DNA from: Amphiscolops sp. MND2022
Lineage: Eukaryota
Assembly: GCA_964187785.1 (NCBI GenBank)
Contig: OZ076417.1
Location: 24,924,001 to 24,988,000 of the forward strand
Direction: 5' to 3'
Length of the DNA: 64,000 nucleotides
Shown: in pieces, positions 46,936-60,300 of the stretch
Layout: each line of letters begins with the position of its first letter
Position numbering within the stretch: the first letter of the stretch is position 1
Made by a program: the position numbers and the translations under genes
The notes under the pieces: model-generated
Seen by the model: the letters and a program-made list of their open reading frames with translations, nothing else
Told to the model about the DNA's origin: nothing
The model's database searches: none

Positions 46936-49596
46936 TTAAAGGAGTAGTCGTTCTAGAATCGAAGCTATTCAGAGAAAAATAGTCTTTTTGAGTCAAACTC
47001 AACAATGAATCAAGAGATTATCTTTTACATCCACCTAATATCCCCGAAGGGATATGCAAAAGGCTCGGAAACTATTTTTCCCCAACTGGAAAGAGCAAAA
47101 AAACCATCTTGTGCAGCAAAAAACATCAAAAAACCAAAACTTGAGAAGAATATCGACTAGAAAGACCATCCGCATCGGAACCAGAAAAGCAAACGTGGGC
47201 CTTAGCTGAAAAGTAGGCATGTCTAAAACAATGAATGTGTGGTGTCTACAAGAATAAAACTGCTGCGCAGTTCCAATGATGGTCCCTCATTCAAATTTGA
47301 AACCATCGTTAAGTTATTGACTAATTTGTAAGACGAAGCACTGAATCGTAGAATCAATAATGAGCAATTATTGCTCACTGAAATGAAATCATAGTAATAT
47401 GGCCCCTCCGTTTCTACAATGTCTTTTGAGGGCCCGACCTGGTGTTTTTAGGGATTAGCTTCCTCTAATGCGCGCGAGGAATCGAGCCCCTCGGAGTGTG
47501 GAACTGATCTTTGTTCTTTTATAACAGACTATCAGTGCATAAAACTAAGGTTTCTTCTCATTGGGCTTTCAAGGGCGAGTCTCGTCATAGTTTTTAATGC
47601 GAATGGCCCAGTCCCACGTGTACGAACGGAATGAAATGTTCTTCATTATAGATAAAATAGAAATGTGAATTGGGAATCTATTATAAAAAATACTATAAAA
47701 GGCGGCACAATCAATTGAATCAAGGAGAAATACTTTAAGTTAGCCGTGTATGTGGGAGACATCTGTCTAGGATCCTGTCTAGAAAGGATATTTCCAAAAA
47801 AGCATTCGTTCGGTTTGGGTTCACTGAGGAATTGCCCCTTCCTCGAGGGGTAAGAGAAGAACTTACGCAGAAATGTTTTCAGTATTTCATGCTTATAACA
47901 AGTTCTTCGGTATTGATGAATTGTTTGTACTAGCGTCTTGTGAGATTCATTGTTTTTCTAATTTTTTTTGAGATCTCGTTCTTTAGGATCATTGTTGGCT
48001 CCTTGAAGTTCTTTGACTCAAGTTGTAATATGTGTTTTATAGCTGTAATAAAAAAGTGAATTCGTTATTGAAGTTGACATTCTATAACTCATTGAAAGTT
48101 AAAGTGATGATAATTGCAAATCTGCATGATTGCTGACATTAATTTTCTTTCATAGTTCACTTTTTATACCCGGTTGCTCGCTATAATTGTAAGTGACAAA
48201 CGTTTCGCTGTAACATTTCCATTCTTGGGCTTCTGCTTTCTTGGGGTATTCCATCATTTTTACATGTCGGTAAACTCTAAACTTTGCGACTTTCGGGATA
48301 TTTCTTGCAAATCATTCTTCTTATTTTGGGAAACTTTGTTGGGCGAAAGACTACAAACATCAAGAGGGATAATCATCAACATTGAATCATCTGTTTGGAA
48401 TGGGCTTCACGTTGGAGTAGGTTGCATAAGTCAATGTCTCATAAGGAGAACCTTACTTTTCCTCTTATCTATGAGAAAAGAACCGTGGACACTGAAGCTA
48501 CATCTGACATGCTCCATTAAGGAGGCCAATCAGAAAAACTTATTGGGTATGTCAGGAATACTTTTAGCTGGAGAGATTCATTGCAATGCCGAAAGCAGTT
48601 GTGAAATTAATAGGGAAAAACGGGAAGATTTCATAATTATCCCTGGATCCCTGAAATTGTTGTAATTGATAAAATCGTCGTTGGTCTAGCCTCTATTACT
48701 GCCGTCGCTGAGTCTAAAGCTCTTGACGCATTTGAAATTTTTTTTTAAAAAAAACTTGTTTTTAGAGTTTTTTTGTGCTCGAACAGTTAGGCCATAACCG
48801 CGCAACTTTAATTCCAATCCGGCCACTGTCAGATTTTTGTATTTGAAAAATGTATTTATTATTTTTCAAATCACTTTTCGACCGACACGAAAGGTTTATA
48901 AAAGCAATACTAATATAAGCTTTCTTCCACAAAGCTGTCAAAGTATCATTCAAGTGCAAATGATTTATGAATTCTTCACGAATTATTCATTGAGACATTC
49001 GATGTCTAAAGTTCAAGAAAATTAAATTCTAGCCAAGTCCCAAGTCTACTCTTTAGGTTGTTTGTGAACGTTCTCTGTTGAGTATTGAAAAATATCTTGT
49101 TCATCAAAAGAAGTGGAAGCCCAGTTTTTACCAACCAATCCAATGAAAACTCAAAACATTTGGTTAAAGAACAGGTCTTTTCATCTACTTTTGTGTTCCG
49201 GTGCTGATTAATAACTTCAAATATTGGTAATTTTTTGATCTATGCCGAATATTAATGAATAATCGGATTTTTTTTCTAAATGATTCAAAAGGTTAGCTCT
49301 ATACTTTAAGAAGACACAATAAGGGACCGTGCGAAGCGAAACTATGTTGGTCTGCAACGGAGTGATGGCCCAGAGTTCAAAGGGGCAATTTATAAAGAAG
49401 AGATAGTGCCGAATCGCTGCAAGCTGCAGAGCCTCCTTGCAGTGTCAGTAACGGTCCCCGTATATATAAATACTGAAAACCTCAACAAGTGGAGGACAGA
49501 TTTACAAACACCAAATTTTATTATAATGGTCAAAAAATTTCTGTTCAGATATGCAAAAAAAATAACGTTCAGGATATGCACCCATTCAAGAGGTTG

Positions 49597-49786
49597 CAGT
49601 GGCGGTTTTAGAATATTTTAAGGGGGATGCTGATTGAGTGAAAACGGCTTTTGCTTAGAATAGCGCCTATTTCTTGCATATTTAAAATTATAGTGAAACC
49701 TAGAAGGGTCCCCTCTTTGAGCAATGGCACTATATTTTTTTTCAAAAAAGGGGGATGCTACCGCATGCCCCTTAAAACCGCCCCTG
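49597..49786. mobile_element. hAT-like MITE (190 bp)
   Basis: TIRs CAGTGGCGGTTTTA / TAAAACCGCCCCTG; 8-bp flanks AGAGGTTG / AAAGGTTG (7/8). Confidence 0.75.
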
Positions 49787-49839
49787 AAAGGTTGACTGTA
49801 GAGAAATGTTGCTTTTGTACAACCACCCTGCTTTTTCAG

Positions 49840-50118
49840 TGGAGCTCTCGTACTGGGGCGTGTTCTACGGGGTGATGGCGTCATTCTGTGTCTCCCTCAA
49901 CGCTATCCTCACCAAACGCACCCTGCCGGTGGTGGACAACAGTGTGTGGCTGCTCACCTACTACAACAACATCAACGCCGCCTTCCTCTTCTTGCCCCTC
50001 ATCTTCTTCAACGGGGAGATAGGCACCCTCATATCCTTCCCCTACATTGGCTTCGCCTCCTTCTGGGTCGCCATGAACTTCGCCGGGGTGCTAGGAATTT
50101 CTATCGCCTACGTCACAG
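49840..50118 (+). CDS. SLC35C1: GDP-fucose transporter, exon 5
   Basis: Acceptor CTTTTTCAG, donor GTATCA; GVMASFCVSLNAILTKRTLPVVDNSVWLLTYYNNINA...AYVT. Confidence 0.96.
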
Positions 50119-50864
50119 GTATCACTTGCCTGTCACCTTTTTTCCCTAAAATTGAGGGAGTTTTTAGGTTTTCATGTAGCGAGGAATGGAGTTACAGTAT
50201 GGTTCACGTACACCGTTTTTATTTTTTTGCCTGCCACCTTTGCTTTCTAAAATTGAAAGGCTTTCAAGTGCTTTTCAATCAAGCAATTTTTGGGTGTTGA
50301 GAAGGATTTACTGTATGGTTGCCCTCAGGGTTCGCTTTTAATCGGATTGAAATATTTTAATCATTTCAAACCGATTAGTATTATATTCAAAATGAAATTG
50401 ATTAAAAATCAGTATGCAAAAATATTGAAATTTCAAAAAATTGGACCAGAAAATTTTTTGGGATTTTCAACTCTGAATTAGTTTATAGTCTTCAAATGAA
50501 CAAGAATTTTTAATAGAATGTTAGTAGTTTTCAAATACGCGTTTCTGTCGTTAGGTTTTGAGAATTGGGACAAAGGTATCGTCCAAAACCTTTGTCACAA
50601 ATCGTAGTACGAACATTTCTCGCACTACTGTGTATATATTTTTCAGGTTTGTTTTAAAACGGCGCGTTTCTCTATCCGAATTTTTGACGTTATATCCGAA
50701 CTATATTGCGTTTTACTAAGGAGGAGGCGGGGGTTCGAAAACGGAGTTTTTCATGAAAACGTCCTACGCGTGTTTTTTTTAAAACTGCGCTTTTGAGCCT
50801 TAGATATAGTGCCGACTTTGGACGTACCCTTGTTCAATTTTGAAGCTATCACCTCTGTTCACAG

Positions 50865-51100
50865 GTCTTCAAATCCAAGTGACGTCACCCCTAACTCACA
50901 ACATCAGTGGGACTGCCAAGGCTTGTGTGCAAACAGTGATGGCAGTCGCTTTCTACAGCCAATCAAAATCTCTGCTCTGGTGGACATCCAACTTCCTCTC
51001 GCTAGGGGGCTCCATGGCCTACACTCGGGTCAAGCAGCTTGAGATGAAGCAGCAACACGATAATCGACCCAAGAATGACCTCGTGTCAACTAAAGTGTAA
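50865..51100 (+). CDS. SLC35C1: GDP-fucose transporter, exon 6 (to stop)
   Basis: Acceptor TGTTCACAG; [25 protein letters not shown]...KSLLWWTSN...TAA. The six exons sum to 1020 nt, in frame. Confidence 0.97.
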
Positions 51101-53354
51101 CCCCCTTGCAGAGGGGTTACGAATTGCTGTTGTGGAGGTCACTTATAGTTTGAACTTGGTTTTTGTTTGCGCATTGGCGTTTGCTCTAGAATATTACGAA
51201 TTCTGAAGCAGCTGAAAGGTGCTGTTTTGTATGGGTTAGAGAATATACTGGGTTATGCCGACCATACAGAGCAATGCTTTTACATCCTCGGTCCAACGAA
51301 TGTTTCTCGAATAATGATGGACCAATTTGTAATCAGTGAGGTTGTTCAAATGTGAATTACGTTTGCCATCTTGGATCTCATGAATGACAGGCCCCCATCA
51401 TACCTTAATGAAACACAGCCCCCCCCCCCTGTAGCACCTCCTGAAGAACAGGCCCCCGTAAAATCAAGCTGGTAATTGTCCAAGACGCTACTGGCAAGCA
51501 TTTCATGTCCTATCTAATGCTCGTTAGAATATTCATGCTCTAACTATACATACTACGCTATATTAGTCCAAAATTAGGCGTAAGTTGAGTATTACTAGGT
51601 TTTTGTGGTGCCTTCTCAATGTCATCTTGCTTCAGCCTGGCTCAATTTTTGTTTAAAGTACTAGTCTCGATTGACACCTCTGATTGTAAGTCACCTTATG
51701 AAGCATAGGCCCCCTAATTGCAACTCTCGAAGAACAAGCTTACAAGCATACTTGCGGGCCTGTCGAACATAAGATCCGCAATCTTCATATGGCTGTGGTA
51801 GTTTTCCAAAATCTTTTTGCTTAAGTTGAGGAACGATGACAGCGTTTACTTTACTTTTGTTAGACATCCTTTGTAAATACTTGTTCTGGTTTGTTTTCTT
51901 CTGGTTCCTTTATGGAAACTAATAAACGGGGCTTTTTATATCATTGGGTGCTGTTCCGAATCCTTATAATTTTTCCATCTATATTATGTAACAATTATAA
52001 ATTCTCCTCTATTTTGTAATGTTTGTGTTTAAATCCCGGGATTTTTGCAAATTTAATCCAATTTTCCAGTTCATTTTTTGACTAGAAAAAGCTTGATCAA
52101 AACCTACACCAGACCTTGACAACATTTTAGAAAGCGTTAAGATATTATCGACCGGAACTCTAGCTTGTATCGAGGAAAATGTTTGGAAATGCCAGGAAAG
52201 TTTGAGGAATAGCTTGCAACAAATGTGAATAATTTTTATAATTGATGATGATAATTTATAGACACATAAACTACATATCTGGATCGTGTGGTACTCTAGT
52301 AGATACTTTGAGCTTTAGTGTTCACCCCGGTAACAGCACAATTTGATAACGTTCAGAGTTTGACATCAACTTTCAGGAATAGATTAGTTATGGAAGGTTT
52401 CATTGAGATACCTTTCTGATGAAAAAAGTTCACAAATGTTGACTCCTTGTACAAAGTCCTCCTTGAAGAATTCAACAGCTTATAGTGTTTTGAAATTTAG
52501 TGTGTTCAAACTAACTCGAACAAGAGTGCGCCATATCAGAAGACGCTAATGATTGAACTTGGAAACTCTACACTATGGTACCAACAAGCCGGAACGACAT
52601 AAGTCGGCGCCTTATCTAAGGCTCAAAAATAGCAAAAGGACTTCAAAGTGTCGAGTATTCTCTTTTATAGTACACGAATAATCAAAGTTGGGTCGTTAAT
52701 TAGGGACCCTTTGGTTTTTTTACATCTGTTTTTCCCGAAAAAAGTCTCACAATGCCAAGAAAAACTGAAATAGGGGAAGGGACCCTTTAGTCTCACCCGG
52801 AGTTGTATGTTACGCAGAAAAAAAGGAAAAACCGTTCAGTTCGCTAGGCCAAATGGTTCAATTTGACACCATAAATATCGAAGAACTTTGTAGAACTATT
52901 TTGGTCAGTTCGTGTGGACTGAAAAAAAGCCACTAGTACAGTTGTGTTTCACTTCATGCAGCGCCGACTGAAAACAACAACGACAACTAATATTTCAAGA
53001 CAAAAACAGTTCATCGCGACACTTGACAGTTCCAGGAGCAAAAAAATTGATAGAAATACTAGAATGTTTTTAGTTTCCCTAAAAACGTAACTAGATCAAA
53101 CGGCTGATTGGATTGAAATTGAGATTATCAAGTTACGGCACACATTGTTGCACGAGTTTTTTGGATTTCCCTTGGGAAACATTTTAGAAAACGACTTCTA
53201 AAATGTTTTAAAAAACTGCTTTTTCTTAGAAAATACTTCAACCGAACTACAGAATTACTGAAAGTCTTCAAATCGATTTTGATAGAATTGTTTATGAAAA
53301 AAAAACAAATTTTGGTAATGATAAATCTTGTGGAATTCCAAGAGGAAAGGTGAG

Positions 53355-53935
53355 ATCAACCAAGCTGGAGATCCTACAACCCGCCGCATCGCTGGAGCAA
53401 ATAAGCTTGATTACTAGGAGCGACTACAAAAATTCCCGCTATAATCCCTGGAAAGACGGGAAAGATACAAAATTGTGTATGTCTGGAAACTTTTAAGAAT
53501 TTGGTGCCAAACATCACTACAGAATGCATTCGAAATACACTGTAACCCAGAATGGGTAGACTATGCATCGTTCCTACAATCAACTGGAATGGGAGAGCCC
53601 GAGTCAAAACCTATAAATCGTCAAATTTCGTCATCAACGGTCCGAAACTGTTCAATTGGTCACCATCGCACCTAAGAAACTTGACGAACTGCGATCTAGA
53701 GTTGTTTAAATCAGAATTTGATCGATTTCTTGAACTGCTTCACGATGAGCCCTTGGTACCCGGATACACCAGCAGGAGAAATCATGCAACTAACAGCTTG
53801 ATAGACGGTACCCTGTCCACCTATGTTGGAGAGATCAAATCACTAGGCAGAGGCGCAAATGGCGGTCCTTGACAAAGGATCACCAGTCAGCGTGTGCTGA
53901 GAAAGCCCTTCAGCAACAACAACAACAACAACAAT
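53355..53935 (+). mobile_element. 5'-truncated non-LTR retrotransposon (ORF2 C-terminus) with (CAA)n tail
   Basis: RRIAGANKLDY*ERLQK...RYKIVYVWK and GRLCIVP...GPKLFN...LRNLTNC...FKSEFDRFL...DEPLVPGY...NSLID; tail CAGCAACAACAACAACAACAACAA. Confidence 0.8.
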
Positions 53936-54690
53936 AAACCTTTCGTAATTCATTTCTATTTCGGATAATATTCATTTCGGTGATAAAAGCGCTATATCTG
54001 AATTTTAACAAAGTCGCCGTTCAATTTATAGCAGAAACAAGGAAATATACGAACATGGAGACGTCTTTGAAAATTATTCGGCACTATGCCGCTTATGTGA
54101 CAAAAACGTTTTCACCCATTTTTTTAAAGTTTTTTGACGTTCTTATAAAAAACCGTTTTCCCAGTCTTAAGTGTGACGTCTTAGGTTAATATTAGGTCCT
54201 CTGGGGCTGATGATATTTTTCTGGATGCACGTGGAAATGAACTACAGTTTTTCGATACTCTGCGACTTTTCTTTTGACAGCAACAAAAGCAGAACGCATA
54301 AAAAATGTCGAACTTCCAATTTTTCATTTGTCAGTGGGTTTCAAAGTAGTTCTGACCGCTGCAACTCTGCTTCAAATCAGTCAATTTGGCTATGCAGTTT
54401 TAGCATTTCCAAGCAGGCTCCAAGGTCGGTTTTTTGAGCAAGGCTCCCGGAGTTTCCATGGTTCGTGAAAAATCAGCCTTGCTTGATTGAAAGCAGCATA
54501 GTCATCTTCCGAGGTCCCAATAAGGTTGTTTAAAAATTCGGAAAAATTTTTTGTGTTTCTTTTTTGGCTCAGCTCCGCTGAAGAAACACAATTCAGTCCA
54601 TGATTTAAATAAAACTGCATGCATTGTTCTCTTTTTCCCCAATTTTTTACTTGTTTTCTTCGCCAAAATGAAGTGTCAAGTTTTGTGGTT

Positions 54691-55640
54691 TCATCCAAAA
54701 ATGAGTATTTCACAAATCGCGAGATGATTGAGAGGGTTTATCACGCTGATGAGGTTTCCATAAGCTCCTTGTGGGCATTGGAATTTGATCCAATCGCCTG
54801 GGGCAGCAGTTGAAGCTGATCCACAATCAAAGCAAGGTTCGTCATCCCAGCAGACGTCAATCCTCGTTCCTATCGATTGACCACCTTCGAAAAATTCAGT
54901 AGTTCATTGACATTCTCGAGGATAAAATCTCAACTACGATACTGTTGAAAATTATTATCTAATGAATGATTCGGTCATGTTATTCCAAAATTTACAAGAA
55001 TTGAAAATTGAGCAGTGTAAAGCTATAAAGACTATAAAGAATTTTTCCCGCTGCTTAATGGGCGTCTATGTTTTATTTTCTTCTGATAGCTTGAGGCCTA
55101 GTGATTTTACCCTGAAAATATCATCAGTTACATCAGTAATTGCTACTTGTATAGTTCCATTCGGAAGAGTGAAAGTTTCTCGGTCTTGAGCGGGAGCCAA
55201 ACCCATGTCTTCGGGTTCCCTTGGCCGAGTGCTAACTACTGAATTAAATGAACCAAACTAGGTAAACTTTTAAACTAGAGTTGAAATTTCTTTCGGAGTT
55301 CTGGCGTAAAATGTTTTAAAAAAAAACAAATAACGCCACAGCAGCGAACGTTTTCCTATGCCTTAAAAAACGAAATTGAATAAATCTGAATAAAAATAGA
55401 ATTGAATAAAAGAAACGCACTGTACTGGTCATTGCGGATCAGAATCATGACGTTATCTACCGATGTGGTAGTTATGTAATACTGGGCCCATCCATTGTAA
55501 CGCAGATTTCCAATGAAACATGAAGGGTAGAGTGAATCTAGGAAGCCGTCAAAACTGTTTTTCACAACAGTTTGGGTGTGACCATTGAATGGATCATCGC
55601 CGTGAGCTCCCAGAATTTCAAGATATCGATGATCCCTGTG
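54691..55640 (-). pseudogene. F-type lectin (FTP/fucolectin-fold)-like sequence, at least two partial domains, disrupted
   Basis: N-half-like KNSFDGFLDSLYPSCFIGNLRYNGWAQYYITTTSVDNVMILIRND (~55430-55570). C-half-like EI-YPRECQ*...DCGSASTAAPGDWIKFQCPQGAYGNLISVINPLNHLAICEILIFG* (54691-54925) with a frameshift and stop. Exon structure unresolved. Confidence 0.5.
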
Positions 55641-57096
55641 GATTACTAAAAATGAAAAACACAATGATAGAAAAAGTAATTGTTCAAGGATAAGTGAACT
55701 GACTTCCATGAAAAGCACAGGTATAATCTCGTTTGGAACTTTTCCCCCACAGAGCTCGGTCAAATCAAGTAAGCACTTATATATGAGGTCAAGGTTTGCG
55801 AATACCCTAGTCACCCAGCTATGAATACCTTCAAAGTTCTTCAATGAATTTCTTGAAAATCATTCGAAGATAGTGAACACATTATTCTTGAGGCACCTTT
55901 GAAAATCTAAAGTTTGCATTGCTAAAACTGTCTGAAGTTCAATATCAAGACCTGGATTTAGGACTCGGGATCAAAATTTTCACGACAAAGGCAGCCATTG
56001 ATGACGTAAATGGTGGTTTCAAGTGGTACCTTCAACTACGTCTCATATTCGTCTATTCTTTATCCCTTGCTCCAGTGAATTATCCGGCGCCACTTAGGCA
56101 AAAATGAATTCTCGGCACTTGATAATGCACAGCGAGAATAATGCGTTGCCTTTTTTCCAAACTTTTCATTCAAATCTTCAGTTATATCTTCATTCAAATC
56201 TTCTTCTTCTTGTGGCAAAGTAATTACGTTGATCTGTAACTACATTCAGATCCACCTCCCCCTCCCAAAAAAAAAGAATTTTCATGGAAGTATTGAAATA
56301 GTTGTAAGGATCTTATGAATGTGATTATTTTTCCGGGTTGTGGGAACTCTATTTGCTGGCATTGTGATTCCACCAAACGATTGAAGAGAAAATCACATGT
56401 TTCTGTGAGAAGTACAGGTGAGTTTTAAATCAATTTTTGATGAAGTATTTTACCAAAAAAACGATTTTCTGAAAAAGCATCTCAAAATTGCATGTTGCAA
56501 CTTATTCTTATCCAGAATTGATTCTCATTCCATTTTGGCATTCAAAAAGTCTCTAAGCTGTGATTTAGTACTGTGAAATACGAGTTTAAAAGCTAATCTG
56601 TTTGGAGTACTCCAGGGCACCTCTGCCACTCACGTATTAAGAGAGGCTTCAATCGGATATTTCCCGACTTCAATTGGCTAACAGTAGACACTTAATCGAA
56701 AATTTACCTCCTCCTTCGTAAAACGCATTTTACTTCGAATAAAACGTCAAAATTCGGATATAGCGCAATTGTTTCGAACCTCCACTTTCTCCGTAGTAAA
56801 ACACAATTAACTTCGGATATAACGTCAAAAGTTCGGATATAGCGTGCTGGGACAAATGGGAGCGCTTGTTTTCGAACCTCTGCCTCCTCCTTAGTAAAAC
56901 GCAATACTAAATATAAAAGGGAGTAAAAAGTGGAGATTTGGCAGACTTTGCAAAGAAAACGCTACGCAGATCATAATTTTCCTCCCCTACACAATAAATT
57001 GTGGGGGCGGAAAGTAATAACAAGACGGGAACGTATAAAGTCGGCGTCATATCCAAAGCTCAAAAAGCGCAAAGTTTTTAAAATTGTAGAAGGGGG

Positions 57097-57344
57097 TGTA
57101 ATACGGTGTGAATACCGATACCGATCTCTACGGTGACATTGTCAATCAAACTTAAATCTCATAGACCAAGTTTGCAGAACTTATGTTTATATATTTGTAA
57201 ACAACCTACTTCTACTTTGAATTGAGGTTAAATCATTTGATACTAGATATAGACATAAAAGAGATCGTATTGACATTGCTTTGAGTTAAAAGAGATACTT
57301 TTAGAAAAACCTTTATTTCTTCTACTTAATCAAGAAATAGAACA
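57097..57344 (+). repeat. 5' LTR of Gypsy D
   Basis: TGTAATACGG...AATAGAACA. Confidence 0.95.
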
Positions 57345-57358
57345 TGGCGCAGTCAGCC
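57345..57358 (+). promoter_or_regulatory. Primer-binding site, tRNA-Ser-like
   Basis: TGGCGCAGTCAGCC directly after the LTR; resembles the complement of tRNA-Ser 3' ends (tRNA identity inferred). Confidence 0.65.
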
Positions 57359-60300
57359 TTTTAATTATTTGTTGAGTTTTACCGAAACAAAGAAATGACA
57401 ACGGAAACGAAGCAGATAGAAGTGCCGAACTTCGAGGCCACATCAGACGGAAAACGGATTTTCACACCGAAACAGTGGTTCGAAAGATTCAGACAATACA
57501 CAAAAAGAAAATTTAAAATGGATATTACCGAATTGATACGGGGAGCCGAGATGACCCAAAACGGCCGGACCGGAAAAGAAGCAGAGATACAAGAAGACTT
57601 CATATGGGGTGTGGGCCCCGAAGCACTGTACCAAATGACATGGGCAAAATACAAAACAGAACCGGATAACATTGCGGTGAAAGATCTCATCAGGCTATTC
57701 AACGAATATTTTCTACCGAAACGAAACACATATCATAACCGCAGAGAATTCTTTTGGACAAAGCAAACCGAAACAGAAACACCCGAAGACTTCTGGCGAA
57801 GATTGATAGAGATAGAAAAAGAATGCGCGTTCGAAGGAATAACATCCGAAGATCTACTCATCTCAAAATTTATGACCGCAATTACGGATACAAAACTTCG
57901 ACATAAATTAATGAAAGAGAAGAAACTCGAACTGAAGAAAACAATCGAAATGATAAAACAAAACACATATGAACGGAAAAACCGGAAAAACACAATACCG
58001 GAAGCACTAATTACAAGCCGAGAAAAAGAAATAAAAGAAGAACCGATACAAAAAATGGAACGATTCGGAACCAGACCGAAAAAGAGAACAACAAATGAAA
58101 AACCCTGTAAATTCTGCAACGCACCAAATTGGAACCCAACACAAAAATGCCCGGCATTGGATAAACTCTGCAACAATTGCGGAAAGAAAGGACACTTTGC
58201 CCGAGTATGCAGACAAAAAGAAAATTACAGACGCAAAGTACAAAACGTAACCGAAGAAATAACAGCAATTGGCGGAGAATCCGACGAATCAGAAACGAGT
58301 ATCTACAGAATCGAAGAGATATATAGAATTACCGACAAAAACAAATACCTAACAGCAAAGGTAAAAGTGAACGGAATTGAGAAAGAATTCATAGTAGATA
58401 CCGGATCACCAATCTCGATAATGCCGGCAGATGAACAAATATTGAAGAAAACCGAACTGCAGAAAATAAAACATCGATACCAAGATGTAAACAAAAATGA
58501 AGTCAGATTCCGGGGACAAATACCAACAGACATCGAATACGAAAACAACAAACAGAAAATGCAAATAATGATCACCGAAAGAAATGACATAACACCATTA
58601 TTGGGAATGGACTGGATGAAGAAATTCAACCTAACAATTAGAAATATCCGAACAGACGAAAACAGCCAATCCGAAAAGAAACGGGTAATCGAAAAGTTTC
58701 CGGACCTATTCAAAAACAACACAACAATAAAAGACACGGAAATAAACATCCAGCTGAAACCAGGACACTACCCGGTGAAACAAAAAGCAAGACCGATTCC
58801 ACTACATCTGCAAGAAGAAGTCGGAAAAGAATTGGAAAAACTGATAAAAACCGGACACCTGGAAAAAGTAAAACACGTGGATGAAGATTGTTTTGTTTCT
58901 CCGGTAGTAATCACCATAAAAAATGATAAATCAGTAAAAATAGCACTAGATTCAAGGAAACTAAACGACAGCTGCATAAAAATTAGACCCCACATGCCGA
59001 ACATGGAAGAACTGTTGAATCAAATTTCGGTAGAGATCACAAGAGACCGAACCAAAGAACTGAACATATCAAAAATCGATCTGGACTACGCGTACAAGCC
59101 GACAATGTGTATTCGCAATAACCGGAGGGAAATTTAGTAGATACTATCGATCCAAAAAAGGATTTTACGGTCTTGCCGACATTCCAACTATTTTCCAAGA
59201 GAAAATTGACCGAACTCTAGAATACTCCACACCGGCGTGGTTAGACGATATAATAGTAATCACCAGAGGAGACCGAACAGAACATGAGAAAAAATTGTTT
59301 GATGTACTGAGAAAACTACAAGACGCAGGATACCGAGCAAGTGAAAGAAAATCGGAATTCTTGCTAAACAAAACCAAATGGCTCGGACATGAAATTGATG
59401 AAACGGGGTTAAAACCGAATACAGAGAAAGTGAAAGCAATATTAGATTTGAATCCCCCGGAAAACCAAAAACAGCTGAAGTCATTTCTCGGTGCAATACA
59501 ATATTTAGCAAAATTTATACCGAGACTATCGGAAAGAACCGAGAGACTACGGAGACTGCTGAAGAAAGAATCTTAATGGAACTGGGGAAAAGAACAAGAC
59601 GAAGATTTCAACAACATAAAGAAACTATTAACCGAAGAACCCTCTCTCGCCCATTACGCAAAGGACAGAGATAACATCGTTAAAACCGACGCAAGTAAAA
59701 CCGGACTTGGCATTACACTATGGCAAAAACAATCGGATGGAGAAATAAAACCGATAGCTTTCGGAAGTAGATATCTAAATGAAAGCGAACAAAATTACTC
59801 GATCGGGGAATTAGAATTACTAGCAGTGGTGTGGGGCTTAGAAAACTTCCGATTTTATTCATACGGAAAGAAAGTCTTTTTATACACAGATCACCAGGCA
59901 CTTGAACCACTAATTAAAAGAAACCGGTGCAATCGGCAATATAGTGCAAGACTAACCAGATGGTTAGACCGACTTGCACACTTTGATATAGCGATACAAC
60001 ATATTGCCGGTAGCAATCTAAAATTCACCGACTTCTTGAGTAGAAATCCGGTAGAAAACGCAACGACCGAAGACGTATACGATGAGCAATACGTAATTAA
60101 CATCCTTTCAGAACAAGCCGAATTAAATTTAAAATACGGCTCACTATTCGTCGACCAATCACACAACGCGTCGAAAAGGAACAAAATGAACGAAACTAAG
60201 AGCGACGACCAATCAAAATACAATAGAACATTCGAGAATAACCGAGACGTGAACAAAAACCGCGACCAACCGAAATTCATATCGAACAGAAGCCGAGAAA

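Noticed and set aside
47800-48720. ORF 48174-48665 (+) and a possible decayed LINE ORF2 on the - strand
   Set aside because: The + ORF has no recognisable motif, and the - strand resemblance is too weak to call without alignment.
57344-57397. ATG formed by the LTR end and PBS, in frame with Gypsy D gag
   Set aside because: A TAA at codon 7 closes the frame; one copy cannot separate a real start from coincidence.
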